Virus record (IMG/VR): IMGVR_UViG_3300017912_000153
Location: 1-26,421 of that record
From: a virus
Taxonomy: Duplodnaviria > Caudoviricetes
Strand: one strand, 5' to 3'
Length of the DNA: 26,421 nt
Notes under the pieces: model-generated
What the model was told of the DNA's origin: nothing
Database searches by the model: none
Seen by the model: the letters and a program-made list of their open reading frames with translations, nothing else
Part shown: positions 1 through 7,821 of the stretch, piece by piece
How the letters are laid out: the number at the start of each line of letters is the position of its first letter
Position numbering within the stretch: the stretch's first letter is position 1
Made by a program: the position numbers and the translations under genes

Positions 1-225
1 AAAGAATGTCGCAGTCTTAATACAAAGAACTTGCAGACTAGAAACAGATCGGGTAAACCTAACCCGATCAATAAAAACAAAGCAAACATACCTTATACCA
101 AGCGGTATAGGGTATGCCTTGACTGTGGGAAAAGATATTCAACAAGAGAATATACAATCCCTGATCTCATAGAGTTTGCTAAACTTCCTGAGATCAAAAG
201 AGTTGATGATCTAATGCCAAGCTAA
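1..225 (+). CDS. NrdR-like zinc-ribbon protein, 5'-truncated by the window edge; no ATP-cone domain
   Basis: Frame is open from base 1: KECRSLNTKNLQTR...TKRYRVCLDCGKRYSTREY resembles the NrdR N-terminal pattern CxxC...SR...RRRRECxxCxxRFTTYE. The first Cys and start codon are presumably upstream of the window. The protein ends about 25 aa after the second CxxC. Confidence 0.65.
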   Translation, partial: KECRSLNTKNLQTRNRSGKPNPINKNKANIPYTKRYRVCLDCGKRYSTREYTIPDLIEFAKLPEIKRVDDLMPS

Positions 226-244
226 CCTTTATTAAAGAGTCACC

Positions 245-1090
245 ATGAAAACAAAAATGCCTACGCTTTCCGAAGCAACTAACCTTGTCTACAAGAGAAG
301 GTACAACGGAGAAGATTCAGCTACAAATTTCTTGATAGCTATGAAGTATAACATCAAGGCCATAGGTAATTTACAAGTAAATAAAATTACTAAACAGCAT
401 ATAAAAAAGCTGATGGATTATCATAGGTTCACAAGAAAAAATAGTAAGCAAGTAACTAACACAAAGGTAGGCTATCTCAAGACTGTCTTAGATGAGATGG
501 TTGAAGATGGTTTTATTAAAGATGTTTCTTTCCCAAGGAGATTGAAGGAGAAGAAACAGAAGGTACATTATCTTACTGCTGATATGGAAAGAGAGCTTCT
601 TAGCTGGCTTAACTGTATGCAAAGAAACAGAGAAGCTAAAGATATTATCGAGTGTCTCATTGACCTTGGTTGTAGGGTCAACGAGCTACTCAATTTAGAA
701 AAAAGATTTGTTGACTTTGATAACAACCAAATCAATTTCAACGATAGAAAAAATGATAATGCTGTAGCTGTACCCATGACCAACAGAGTCAAGTCGATAC
801 TCAGGAGATACTACAGAGAAGTAAAAGACTTTGATAAGCTGTTCAGTCTTAACTACTCTGAACTAAATGCTATATGGCAGAAGGCAAGGACTGACTTAGG
901 TTATGCCGATAAAAAGTTTTATACCTTGCACCTATGTAGACATACCTGTGCCAGCAGATTGGTGCAGCGTGGCTGTCAATTACTCTTGGTCAAAGATTGG
1001 TTAGGTCATGAGGACATAAAGACCACCATGATCTATGCTCACCTAGCACCCAAAGCTTTACACAGTATTGTCGGAGTCTTGAATGACTGA
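245..1090 (+). CDS. int: Tyrosine recombinase / phage integrase
   Basis: Catalytic motifs LGCRVNELLNL (R), DRKN (K), HLCRHT (HxxR), LGH and TMIYAH (Y); located just before the RNA polymerase as in P-SSP7-like phages. Confidence 0.95.
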   Translation: MKTKMPTLSEATNLVYKRRYNGEDSATNFLIAMKYNIKAIGNLQVNKITKQHIKKLMDYHRFTRKNSKQVTNTKVGYLKTVLDEMVEDGFIKDVSFPRRLKEKKQKVHYLTADMERELLSWLNCMQRNREAKDIIECLIDLGCRVNELLNLEKRFVDFDNNQINFNDRKNDNAVAVPMTNRVKSILRRYYREVKDFDKLFSLNYSELNAIWQKARTDLGYADKKFYTLHLCRHTCASRLVQRGCQLLLVKDWLGHEDIKTTMIYAHLAPKALHSIVGVLND

Positions 1091-3482
1091 GCCTAGCAAG
1101 AAACAACTAGAGCTAGAGCAAAGTATCTCTAACATCTCAGCCTATAACAAGATCAGCAAGCAGAACAAAAACATTGAACGTGGTAATGAGAGTTCTAATT
1201 ACTACGCAAGAAACATAATGGAAGCCAAGCTTGAAGAACTAACCAAGGCTATAGAAAGCCATGTGTTTAACTCACTTGCTGGTAAGGTCGGAGTCAAAGC
1301 TGTATCAGCTATCTATCTATCTCAGTTCCCAGACTTAGATGTAGTTTCTTTTATAGCTTTTAAAGTCTTGATTGATAACGTATCACAAACCAAAACAACC
1401 ACAGCAACAGCCCTGAAGATAGGTCAAATGCTGGAAGATGAACTTAGGTTTACAGCCTTTGAAGAACAAGACCCAAAACATTTTAAAAATATTATTAGGC
1501 ATACCAAAGATACAAACCATGAAGGTTATAAAAAAAGATTGATGGTATATCACATGAATAAAAAGGGTCACAAGTTTAAACCTTGGACTAGAGGAAACAA
1601 GTTAAGGGTAGGGCTGAAGCTGATAGAAATAATTAGTATTCAATTAGGCATGGTCAAGATAGTAAACAGAAGGCAAGGCAAGACTATGACTAGCTTTGTT
1701 GTATTTACTGAGGTGTATATGAAGTATATAAATCAGGGTAGGTCTAATCGTATTGCTGCTTTTCCTATCTATCTTCCGTTGCTCGATAAACCTAGGGAGT
1801 GGACATCTATAAATGATGGTGGATATTACACCGAGAGATTAAAGACTAGAGCTATCAAGACATCTAATCCAGACTACCTAAAAAGATTACGAGAAACAGA
1901 CTTAACAACAAGTCTGAAAGCGTTAACTCTAGCGAGTCATACTGAGTGGGGAGTGAATCAATTTGTGTTAGAAACTCTTGAGTACTGTTGGGAGGAACGA
2001 ATAGAGGTAGGTTCATTGATTGACAGGGAGCTTGCAGAAGTACCAACAAAGCCAATAGATGTAAGTGATAAAGAAGCTATGAAGGAATGGAGATACCACG
2101 CTTCTTTAATTCATGATATGAACGCACAGAATATGGTCAAGAGGTATCAGATATTATCCATGATTGATACAGCTAAACGATATGCTGGCGAGAAGTTTTA
2201 CCACCTCTACCAGTATGACTTTACAGGAAGAATGTATTGCATGACTGCACACTTCCACCCACAGGGAAGTGACATAGCTAGAGGGCTGCATAGATTCTAT
2301 GAAGGTGCAGAGATCAAGACTAAACAAGACTTAAACTGGCTGGCTATAGCTGGTGCTAATCATTGGGGCATGAACAAACATACCTATGAGCAAAGACTTG
2401 AGTGGGCTTTCATAGAAGGAACTGATCTAGCTCTTGAAGTTTATAAAGATCCAATAGGTAATGTTGATATATGGGGCAAGGCCAAAGAACCATTCCAGTT
2501 TCTTGCTTGGTGTAGAGAGTGGGCTATGTTTCAAGACGTTGGATTAAACAATGGTTTTATATCTCATCATGTTTGCTGTCTTGATGGTACAAACAATGGC
2601 TACCAACATATAGCTGGACTAATAAGCCATGAAAGTTTAGCTAACAAAGTTAATCTACAAAATGTAAAAGAACCACAAGATTTATATAAACAAATCCTTG
2701 ATGTTCTCTTGATGTTATTGAAGTATGACAAGTCTGAGCAAGCTGCAATCTGGTATGCACATAAAGAAAAGTTTACAAGAAAGTTTATAAAGAAACCTGT
2801 GCTTATGATTCCATACAACTCAACAACATTTGGCATAGCAAACTACATAGAAAAATATTTTGTAAATGAAAATGTTTTTGTGGCAAAAAATTTTAAGAAT
2901 AATTTTTATCTGGCAACCATGATTGAACAAGCAGTCAAGTATGTAACACCAGAAAGTTATAAGGTTTTAAAATATTTAGCTGCTACTGCCATGTGTTTTA
3001 ACAGAGAAGATAAACCTATAGCTTGGCATAGTCCATCAGGTTTTCTGATTGAGCAAAATTATTTTCAGAATCAGGTCAAAAGAATTACTACAAAGATAGG
3101 TAACTCAAGTATTAAATTATCCGTAGCAACTGATGAAATAGATAAGCTGGATAAACGCAAACAACTACAGGGATTTCCAAGTAATTATATACACAGTCTT
3201 GATGCTGCACATTGCCAGATGAGTTTGGTTGAAGCAAGCAAGCATGAACTAAAAAACTTTTGTGTTATCCATGACTGCTATGGAAGTCCAGCTAGTGATC
3301 TTCAAAGATTTATTGAATGTGTAAAGCAAAGTTTCTTTAACATTTATAGCGACAACAATCTAGATAATCTATACCATCAAACAACACAACAACTAAGTGA
3401 TACTAGCAAGTTACCACCAGCACTAGATATGGGAGACTATGACATAACAGATGTGTTGACTGCACCATATATATTTACATGA
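1083..3482 (+). CDS. gp1: T7-like single-subunit DNA-directed RNA polymerase
   Basis: 799 aa; DFTGRMY, PQGSD, PFQFLAWC, motif A LDGTNNGYQH, motif B RKFIKKPVLMIPY, NYIHSLDAAH, motif C IHDCY. Confidence 0.97.
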   Translation: MTEPSKKQLELEQSISNISAYNKISKQNKNIERGNESSNYYARNIMEAKLEELTKAIESHVFNSLAGKVGVKAVSAIYLSQFPDLDVVSFIAFKVLIDNVSQTKTTTATALKIGQMLEDELRFTAFEEQDPKHFKNIIRHTKDTNHEGYKKRLMVYHMNKKGHKFKPWTRGNKLRVGLKLIEIISIQLGMVKIVNRRQGKTMTSFVVFTEVYMKYINQGRSNRIAAFPIYLPLLDKPREWTSINDGGYYTERLKTRAIKTSNPDYLKRLRETDLTTSLKALTLASHTEWGVNQFVLETLEYCWEERIEVGSLIDRELAEVPTKPIDVSDKEAMKEWRYHASLIHDMNAQNMVKRYQILSMIDTAKRYAGEKFYHLYQYDFTGRMYCMTAHFHPQGSDIARGLHRFYEGAEIKTKQDLNWLAIAGANHWGMNKHTYEQRLEWAFIEGTDLALEVYKDPIGNVDIWGKAKEPFQFLAWCREWAMFQDVGLNNGFISHHVCCLDGTNNGYQHIAGLISHESLANKVNLQNVKEPQDLYKQILDVLLMLLKYDKSEQAAIWYAHKEKFTRKFIKKPVLMIPYNSTTFGIANYIEKYFVNENVFVAKNFKNNFYLATMIEQAVKYVTPESYKVLKYLAATAMCFNREDKPIAWHSPSGFLIEQNYFQNQVKRITTKIGNSSIKLSVATDEIDKLDKRKQLQGFPSNYIHSLDAAHCQMSLVEASKHELKNFCVIHDCYGSPASDLQRFIECVKQSFFNIYSDNNLDNLYHQTTQQLSDTSKLPPALDMGDYDITDVLTAPYIFT

Positions 3483-3523
3483 CAAGAGATCAAGGTATTA
3501 TAAAGGAACGTCTTTTATAGACG
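3474..3523 (+). promoter_or_regulatory. Putative sigma70-type promoter for the replication genes, with a 5' hairpin
   Basis: TTTACA (3474-3479), 16-nt spacer, TATTAT (3496-3501); hairpin CGTCT-tttat-AGACG (3509-3523) just after the predicted start site. Confidence 0.5.
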
Positions 3524-3552
3524 ACTAACCAGAATAACAAACAGGTTTAAAA

Positions 3553-4209
3553 ATGGAAAACTTAAAATCGGAGACTATCAAAATAGTTACTCCCGTAGGA
3601 ACTCGCTTTCGTTACTCCTACCTTGTAACACCTGATGAATACTTAGGTGTAGAGAAATGGAAAACAGAAGCACTCATTCCTGTAGGTACGAAGATCAAGA
3701 ACGAACAGGGAGAACTTGTTGAAGCTACAGTCTTTATAATAGATAAGCTTGAAGCTTTGCTTGAGAGTTGGAAGTCACAACTCAAAGCAGCTTTTCCAAA
3801 CAAAAACTTTACTCTTACAAAGAGTTCAAAGACAGGACAGCCTTCATTTCCTTGGTCTTTCGAAGAGGACAATCTTGTAATAAGACTGAAGAAAAATTAC
3901 AAAGGCATGAAGGGTATCAATACACCTGTAACTTTCTATAAGCATGATGCTAAGTCAGGGCAAAATGTTTTGATGAACGAAGATGAAAGACAGACAATGG
4001 ATAAGATAAGTCCAGAGACTACAGGACAGATTGCTTTCTTAGCGTCAGGCTATGACGCTGGTGGTAATGGTGTAGGCATCAGATGTCTACCACTTAGTAT
4101 TTGTTTTCGTGACATAGTACCTTGGCAAGGAGGAGGAGCAAGCGATTTTGAAACAGCAGAACCAGCGAGCTACGAAGAACAAACGACTGCAACCGCAGCC
4201 GACTTCTAA
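3553..4209 (+). CDS. ssb: Single-stranded DNA-binding protein (T7 gp2.5-like)
   Basis: KIVTPVG...YSYLVTPD N-terminus, acidic C-terminal tail ending in Phe (..EEQTTATAADF), syntenic between RNAP and endonuclease. Confidence 0.85.
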   Translation: MENLKSETIKIVTPVGTRFRYSYLVTPDEYLGVEKWKTEALIPVGTKIKNEQGELVEATVFIIDKLEALLESWKSQLKAAFPNKNFTLTKSSKTGQPSFPWSFEEDNLVIRLKKNYKGMKGINTPVTFYKHDAKSGQNVLMNEDERQTMDKISPETTGQIAFLASGYDAGGNGVGIRCLPLSICFRDIVPWQGGGASDFETAEPASYEEQTTATAADF

Positions 4210-4585
4210 GTACAAGAGTAAATTTGAAGCTGGATTTGCTGAAGGTTTACACAAAAAGAAAATTAAATTTACTTATGAAACCATCAGCATTGACTATGAA
4301 ATTACTTGTACCTATCGGCCTGACTTTATCCTCGACAATTTTATTGTTGAAACAAAAGGTTACTTCTCAAAAGAAGATAGACGAAAACATCTTGCAATTA
4401 AGAAGAAACGACCCGACTTAGATATTAGATTCTGCTTTCAAAATAGTAGAACCAAACTATCTAAAGCTAAGAACTCTATCTCGTATGCTGCTTGGTGTAC
4501 GAGACATGGGTTTCAATACTGCGACAAATTTATTCCTGATGATTGGTATGAAGAGCCAATACAAAAACAAAATAGTTTGCCCTGA
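4148..4585 (+). CDS. gp3: Endonuclease I / Holliday junction resolvase (T7 gp3-like); TTG start
   Basis: YKSKFE, YRPDFIL, IVETKGYF..EDRRKHL, PDLDIRFCF, YAAWC..HGF, IPDDW. SD-like AAGGAGGAGGAG (4127-4138) precedes TTG 4148. Confidence 0.92.
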   Translation: MKQQNQRATKNKRLQPQPTSKYKSKFEAGFAEGLHKKKIKFTYETISIDYEITCTYRPDFILDNFIVETKGYFSKEDRRKHLAIKKKRPDLDIRFCFQNSRTKLSKAKNSISYAAWCTRHGFQYCDKFIPDDWYEEPIQKQNSLP

Positions 4586-6152
4586 GTGCGGAAAGAAAAA
4601 CTGTGCAGTGTTTGATGATGGACACCATCATTGTTTCACTATGGACTGTAGCTATACCTACTACCCAAACAAAAAAGAAAAGCAAGTGACCACTAAGATC
4701 ATTCCTATATACAAACCAAACCCAAAGCTATTGAAGGTAACACCTATACCTTTAGCTAAACGTGGAATCACTAAAGAGACTTCAGAACTATTTGGTTATG
4801 GTATGTCTGAATACAGAGGGCAACCAGTACAGGTAGCTACATACAAAGATCAGAAAGGTAATGATGTTGCACAGCACATACGCTTTCAAGATAAGAAGTT
4901 TATATGGATAGGAGATATGTCAAAGGTACAGCTATGGGGTCAGCATCTATGGAGACAGCATGGAGGTAATGGTTCTGTATTTATAACTGTCTGTGAAGGA
5001 GAGATAGATTGCATGAGTGCTAGTCAGATACAAGGTAATAAGTTTCCCTGTGTATCTATACCATCAGGAGTACAGTCAGCAGCCAAGTACCTAGCAGCTA
5101 ACTACAAATGGCTTGATAGTTTTTGTCGTATCGTTATCTGCTTTGACAATGATGAAGCTGGTAACAAAGCAGCAGAGAAATGTATGGAAGTCTTACCAAG
5201 AGGTAAGGCAGCAATAGCAAGACTAGATCGTAATGATGTAAACGATCATCTTGTATTAGGTGAAGGAGAGCTTGTTAAAGATAGGTTATGGAAAGCTAGA
5301 CCAGTAAGACCTGACTCTCTTATAAACGCAGCAGACGCTTGGGATTTGTTTACCAAAGAAACAAGTAAAGCTGTATGTGACTTTCCATATCCAAAGCTGA
5401 ATGAATATACAAGAGGTCTGTTTCCTAGCCAGCTATTCACAGTAGCTAGTGGTAGTGGTGCTGGTAAGTCCACAATATGCAGAGAGTTCTGCCATCACTT
5501 CTTAACAAAGAATCTCAAGGTAGGTTATATAGGTTTGGAAGAAACAGTACAAAGAACTCTTCAAGGTCTGGTGGGTATTGACTTGAATGTACCTTTGCAC
5601 TTAAATGAAGATGTCATAAAAAAAGAAGAACTGAAGGTTGCATTTGATAGGTTGACTTCAACTCGCAACCTCTTTCTTTATAATCACTTTGGCAGTCTTG
5701 ACCCTGATGTATTGCTAGAACAGATAAGGTATCTGGCAACTGTAGATAAAGTACAAGTAGTTATCTTAGATCACATATCAATAGTCATGTCTGGTCTTGA
5801 ACTAGACAATGAACGCAGAGCTATAGATGTAACAATGACTAAACTTAGAAGTTTATGTGAAGCAACCAACATAGCTTTGATAGTAGTCAGTCATCTACGC
5901 AGACCACAAGGGCAAGGGCATGAAGAAGGTAGAGACATATCTGTATCTGATCTTAGAGGATCTCACTCTCTTGTACAGCTATCAGATGTAGTACTTGGTG
6001 CATCAAGAAACCAAGTAGGAGATGCTAGTGAAAGGCAGAGACTACAGCTAAAGGTATTGAAGTCGAGACATACTGGTATGACAGGAGAAGTAGATAAGTT
6101 ATTGTACGACCAAAAGACAGGTCGGCTTGTTGTCTATGAGGACTTTATTTAA
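4548..6152 (+). CDS. gp4: DNA primase/helicase (T7 gp4-like); likely start ATG 4548 rather than 4485
   Basis: Zn finger CPECG...HCFTMDC, TOPRIM CEGEIDCMS and CFDNDEAG, Walker A SGSGAGKST, ILDHISI, VSHLRR, DLRGSHSLVQLSD, LKSRHTGMTG. Confidence 0.96.
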   Translation: MKSQYKNKIVCPECGKKNCAVFDDGHHHCFTMDCSYTYYPNKKEKQVTTKIIPIYKPNPKLLKVTPIPLAKRGITKETSELFGYGMSEYRGQPVQVATYKDQKGNDVAQHIRFQDKKFIWIGDMSKVQLWGQHLWRQHGGNGSVFITVCEGEIDCMSASQIQGNKFPCVSIPSGVQSAAKYLAANYKWLDSFCRIVICFDNDEAGNKAAEKCMEVLPRGKAAIARLDRNDVNDHLVLGEGELVKDRLWKARPVRPDSLINAADAWDLFTKETSKAVCDFPYPKLNEYTRGLFPSQLFTVASGSGAGKSTICREFCHHFLTKNLKVGYIGLEETVQRTLQGLVGIDLNVPLHLNEDVIKKEELKVAFDRLTSTRNLFLYNHFGSLDPDVLLEQIRYLATVDKVQVVILDHISIVMSGLELDNERRAIDVTMTKLRSLCEATNIALIVVSHLRRPQGQGHEEGRDISVSDLRGSHSLVQLSDVVLGASRNQVGDASERQRLQLKVLKSRHTGMTGEVDKLLYDQKTGRLVVYEDFI

Positions 6153-6154
6153 TT

Positions 6155-6889
6155 ATGACTTTACTTGTTGATGCTGATTGGCTTATCTATTCTTCTTGCT
6201 GTGCTTGTGAACAAGACATCAGGTGGACAGAGTGGGAGCATACACTTCACTCTGATGAAAGAGATATATTAAATCTTATTGATAGTAGACTAGATGTATA
6301 TAAAGGTATTGCTGAAGGAGATCACGATATAGTGATGTGCTTTACTTCTTACCCTACATTTCGACATGAGATATTTCCTGAGTACAAGATCAACAGGATA
6401 GGTAAAAGAAAACCACTAGCACTTAAGACTGTAATCAATCAGGTAAAACAAAACTATGAGTCAGCTTCTTATCAGAACCTAGAAGGAGATGATGTGATGG
6501 CTTTGCTTGCAACCAATGGTAAGTACAAGAATCCAATCATAGTATCAGTCGATAAAGATATGAGGACTGTACCTTGCAAGCTGATTGCTGAAGATACAAT
6601 CGAACATATCACAGAGAAGAAAGCAAACAGACATTGGTTAGAGATGTCACTAGCTGGTGATGCTGGTGATGGCATCATAGGTATCAAAGGTATGGGTATG
6701 GTTACAGCCAGCAAGACTCTAACCAATACACCTGATACTCTTGATGCACTATGGACTAAGGTATTAGATACTTATACTAAGAAAGGTTACAGTCTTGGTG
6801 ATGCTATTCTCAATGCAAGACTGACAAGAATATTACGAGAAGGAGATTACGATTACAATACAGGAGAAGTAAAACTTTGGAACCCATGA
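6155..6889 (+). CDS. gp6: 5'-3' exonuclease (T7 gp6-like)
   Basis: LLVDADWLIY, FRHEIFPEYKINR, LEGDDVMA, SVDKDM, GDAGDGIIGIKGMG (H3TH motif), ARLTRILR, LWNP end. Confidence 0.94.
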   Translation: MTLLVDADWLIYSSCCACEQDIRWTEWEHTLHSDERDILNLIDSRLDVYKGIAEGDHDIVMCFTSYPTFRHEIFPEYKINRIGKRKPLALKTVINQVKQNYESASYQNLEGDDVMALLATNGKYKNPIIVSVDKDMRTVPCKLIAEDTIEHITEKKANRHWLEMSLAGDAGDGIIGIKGMGMVTASKTLTNTPDTLDALWTKVLDTYTKKGYSLGDAILNARLTRILREGDYDYNTGEVKLWNP

Positions 6890-6958
6890 AGAAACCCCCA
6901 AGACGAGTCACTTGTCTCAGGGGTTTCAACGCTTTACCAATGGGTAACCACTCCCATT
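6889..6958 (-). ncRNA. Candidate ~70-nt two-hairpin small RNA (alternatively a + strand terminator or processing hairpin pair)
   Basis: Hairpins at 6938-6959 (CAATGGG/CCCATTG) and 6891-6927 (GAAACCCC..AGACGAG/CTTGTCT..GGGGTTTC). Minus-strand extended -10 TGcTATCAT (6973-6965) lies 7 nt before the first stem; UUUCUU follows the second stem on the minus strand. Confidence 0.35.
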
Positions 6959-6964
6959 GATTTG

Positions 6965-6974
6965 ATGATAGCAT
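6965..6974. promoter_or_regulatory. Overlapping back-to-back extended -10 elements
   Basis: + strand TGaTAGCAT (6966-6974) predicts a start at A6981, the ATG of the next gene; - strand TGcTATCAT (6973-6965) predicts a start at about 6958. Confidence 0.35.
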
Positions 6975-6980
6975 AGAATC

Positions 6981-7181
6981 ATGGCGAATCCATTATTACC
7001 ACCAATCACAGATGATTTGATACAAGGTCTTGATGTTGCATTTCCACAACGTCACCCAGACTTGTCATTATCTGATAGAGAGATATGGTATAAAGCAGGG
7101 CAACGATTTGTAGTTGACTATCTTATTGAACAACAAAAGAGACAACAAGAAGCCATGATTAATCAGAGAGTTTTAGATTGA
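6981..7181 (+). CDS. Hypothetical protein (T7 gp6.5 position)
   Basis: 66 aa; LDVAFP...EIWYKAGQRFVVDYL resembles small pre-portal proteins of podoviruses; tightly packed with the next gene. Confidence 0.75.
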   Translation: MANPLLPPITDDLIQGLDVAFPQRHPDLSLSDREIWYKAGQRFVVDYLIEQQKRQQEAMINQRVLD

Positions 7182-7182
7182 T

Positions 7183-7542
7183 ATGTGTATAGGAGGTAGC
7201 CCAGCTTATGCAACACCGCAACGTGAGACTGCTGCGTTTCAAGATGCACCACCTGTAGTAACAGGAAAGCAGACAGGTGTAGAAAATCCTAAAGATACAA
7301 AGAAAGTTACAGAAGAACTAAAGATAAAGAGACAGAAGAAAGAAGGAACTTATGTAGATCCAAACCTACAGAGAACAGAAGAATTGTTAACAAAATTGTT
7401 AACAAGAAGAGGTGGAGGTAACAAAACTGCACAACAAAAAGCTAACCTAGCTAGAAATAAACAGAAGGCAAAAAATCTAGCAAAGGCTAGAATAAGTAGA
7501 AAGTCACGAATGTCTGGAAGTAGATCCAGCAAAACGAGGTAA
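7183..7542 (+). CDS. Small basic Met-Cys-start protein, putative virion protein (gp6.7/7.3 position)
   Basis: Starts MCIGGSP; K/R-rich C-terminal third; 1-2 nt spacing to neighbours. Confidence 0.7.
   Translation: MCIGGSPAYATPQRETAAFQDAPPVVTGKQTGVENPKDTKKVTEELKIKRQKKEGTYVDPNLQRTEELLTKLLTRRGGGNKTAQQKANLARNKQKAKNLAKARISRKSRMSGSRSSKTR
7382..7405. repeat. Tandem 12-bp duplication, each unit containing a perfect 10-bp palindrome
   Basis: AATTGTTAACAA x2 (7382-7393, 7394-7405); TTGTTAACAA is self-complementary. Confidence 0.85.
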
Positions 7543-7544
7543 CT

Positions 7545-7820
7545 ATGTGCAGAGGTAGACCACCAGCCCCACCGCCGCCACCACCACCAAGACCTATTCC
7601 CCCACCACCAGAACCAACAGCAGGGAGAGTAGTTACAGGTGCAGACAGAACTTCTACTCGACCAAGGCCAAGTGGTGCTACTGTCACAGGACAGCAACGT
7701 ACTCAAGGTATGACTGCTGGTTCTAGAAGATCTACTAGAGGTACAACAGCTAGAAGACTAGGCACTAGCTCTTTGCGGATTCCTTTGTTAAGTTCTGGCG
7801 ATCTAAACTACCCTGTATAA
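7545..7820 (+). CDS. T7 gp6.7-like small virion protein with polyproline tract
   Basis: MC start, Pro-rich N-terminus, C-terminal GTSSLRIPL..GDLN resembling the gp6.7-type ending; directly upstream of the portal. Confidence 0.75.
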   Translation: MCRGRPPAPPPPPPPRPIPPPPEPTAGRVVTGADRTSTRPRPSGATVTGQQRTQGMTAGSRRSTRGTTARRLGTSSLRIPLLSSGDLNYPV

Positions 7821-7821
7821 C

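Noticed and set aside
237-243. GAGTCAC shared with 6905-6911 as a possible phage RNAP promoter core
   Set aside because: Only 7 bp with dissimilar flanks; compatible with chance.
3462-3477. NrdR-box-like sequence GCACCATATATATTTA overlapping the -35 of the ssb promoter
   Set aside because: Only a partial match lacking the conserved G, single copy, and explained by the RNAP C-terminal codons in AT-rich DNA.
4224-4421. 65-aa + strand ORF nested in endonuclease I
   Set aside because: Alternative frame inside a conserved gene; no motif or clear SD.
4485-4547. Upstream extension of primase/helicase
   Set aside because: The zinc finger begins shortly after ATG 4548; the extension only lengthens the overlap with endonuclease I.
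6891-6959. tRNA fragment or attP core in the structured intergenic region
   Set aside because: No T-arm GGTTCRA motif, cloverleaf or CCA-type end is visible.
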